Positions 31,690 through 32,000 of a stretch of DNA of 32,000 bases are shown in pieces. This DNA comes from an uncultured Nitrososphaerota archaeon (GTDB taxonomy: Archaea > Korarchaeota > Korarchaeia > Korarchaeales > Korarchaeaceae): positions 28,119 to 60,118 of the forward strand of contig CAYZRF010000012.1 in the NCBI GenBank assembly GCA_964480775.1, given 5' to 3'. How positions within the stretch are numbered: position 1 is the first letter of the stretch; every line of letters begins with the position of its first letter. Below the pieces are notes generated by a model. That model was not told the origin of the DNA. It saw nothing but the letters and a program-made list of their open reading frames with translations, and made no database searches. A program made the translations under genes and the position numbers.

Positions 31690-32000
31690 GTGCCAGATTG
31701 GGAGCATGTTGCTGGTGAAGTTGCAGATCTTCTGTCTAAGCTAATTAAAATTGATACAACAAATCCCCCTGGAAACGAGACTCAAGCAGCCGAATTCCTC
31801 AGGAACTTCCTCTTAAAAGAGGGTTTTGATCCAATATTGCTCGAGTCTTCAGAGAGAAGAGGTAACGTAATAGCAAAGCTTTCAGGAGATGGAAAGAAGA
31901 AGCTGCTCTTGCTTTCTCACTTGGATGTAGTTCCAGCAGACCCAAGAAAGTGGGAAGTGCATCCTTTCTCCGGTGAGATAAAAGATGGGTTTGTCTGGGG
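31690..32000 (+). CDS. M20-family metallopeptidase (ArgE/DapE/CPG2-like), N-terminal 103 codons; continues past the right edge
   Basis: My translation from the GTG at 31690 (in-frame TAG 2 codons upstream) reads VPDWEHVAGEVADLLSKLIKIDTTNPPGNETQAAEFLRNFLLKEGF...RGNVIAKLSGDGKKKLLLLSHLDVVPAD...W..HPFSGEIKDGFVW. This is a typical M20 N-terminus, including the HxDVVP motif. Confidence 0.75.
   Translation, partial: MPDWEHVAGEVADLLSKLIKIDTTNPPGNETQAAEFLRNFLLKEGFDPILLESSERRGNVIAKLSGDGKKKLLLLSHLDVVPADPRKWEVHPFSGEIKDGFVW

Noticed and set aside
1-32000. Search by eye for CRISPR arrays, transposases or integrases, tRNA/rRNA, and GC-rich structured-RNA islands
   Set aside because: No regularly spaced direct repeats, no recombinase-like ORFs and no GC-rich non-coding islands were seen, and the intergenic regions are AT-rich. 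A tRNAscan, Infernal or CRISPR-finder run would be needed for certainty.

Overview
Densely coding archaeal chromosomal segment, roughly 40% GC by eye, with Glu/Lys/Ile-rich proteins. The archaeal call rests on the gene set (hdrABC/mvhD, cofE, Nat10-type tmcA, nurA/herA) plus TATA-like boxes and GGAGG/GGTG Shine-Dalgarno-like motifs. I saw no rRNA, tRNA, CRISPR array, transposase or integrase. Contents, left to right: (1) 1-7.3 kb, a tightly packed eight-gene minus-strand redox operon, hdrC-hdrB-hdrA-mvhD-polyferredoxin-hdrD-like-sdhB-like-sdhA-like, with the last gene cut by the window edge. (2) A surface protein with DGSW repeats, then a 453-bp AT-rich divergent intergenic region with palindromes, a DedA protein, and feoAB preceded by a DtxR/IdeR-like iron box. 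(3) A small secreted protein and a CPBP protease. (4) tmcA (RNA cytidine acetyltransferase) overlapped by a YqfB-like ASCH gene, with a stand-alone Tan1/THUMPD1-like THUMP gene about 2.5 kb away. (5) A sequon-rich secreted protein that looks split by a 1-nt frameshift, and a membrane-anchored wHTH regulator. (6) A Gly-zipper/coiled-coil protein, an FAH-family hydrolase, a DUF2330-like anchored protein and two MFS transporters. (7) An overlapping nurA-herA pair with its own TATA box and no mre11/rad50 nearby. (8) cofE, an M28/DUF4910-like peptidase, and a divergent M20 peptidase cut by the right edge. The best candidates for undescribed biology are the composite Hdr/Mvh plus fumarate-reductase-like operon and the tmcA-ASCH-THUMP neighbourhood (possible ac4C writer/eraser/adaptor set). 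All family calls come from motif recognition by eye and need HMM or BLAST confirmation.
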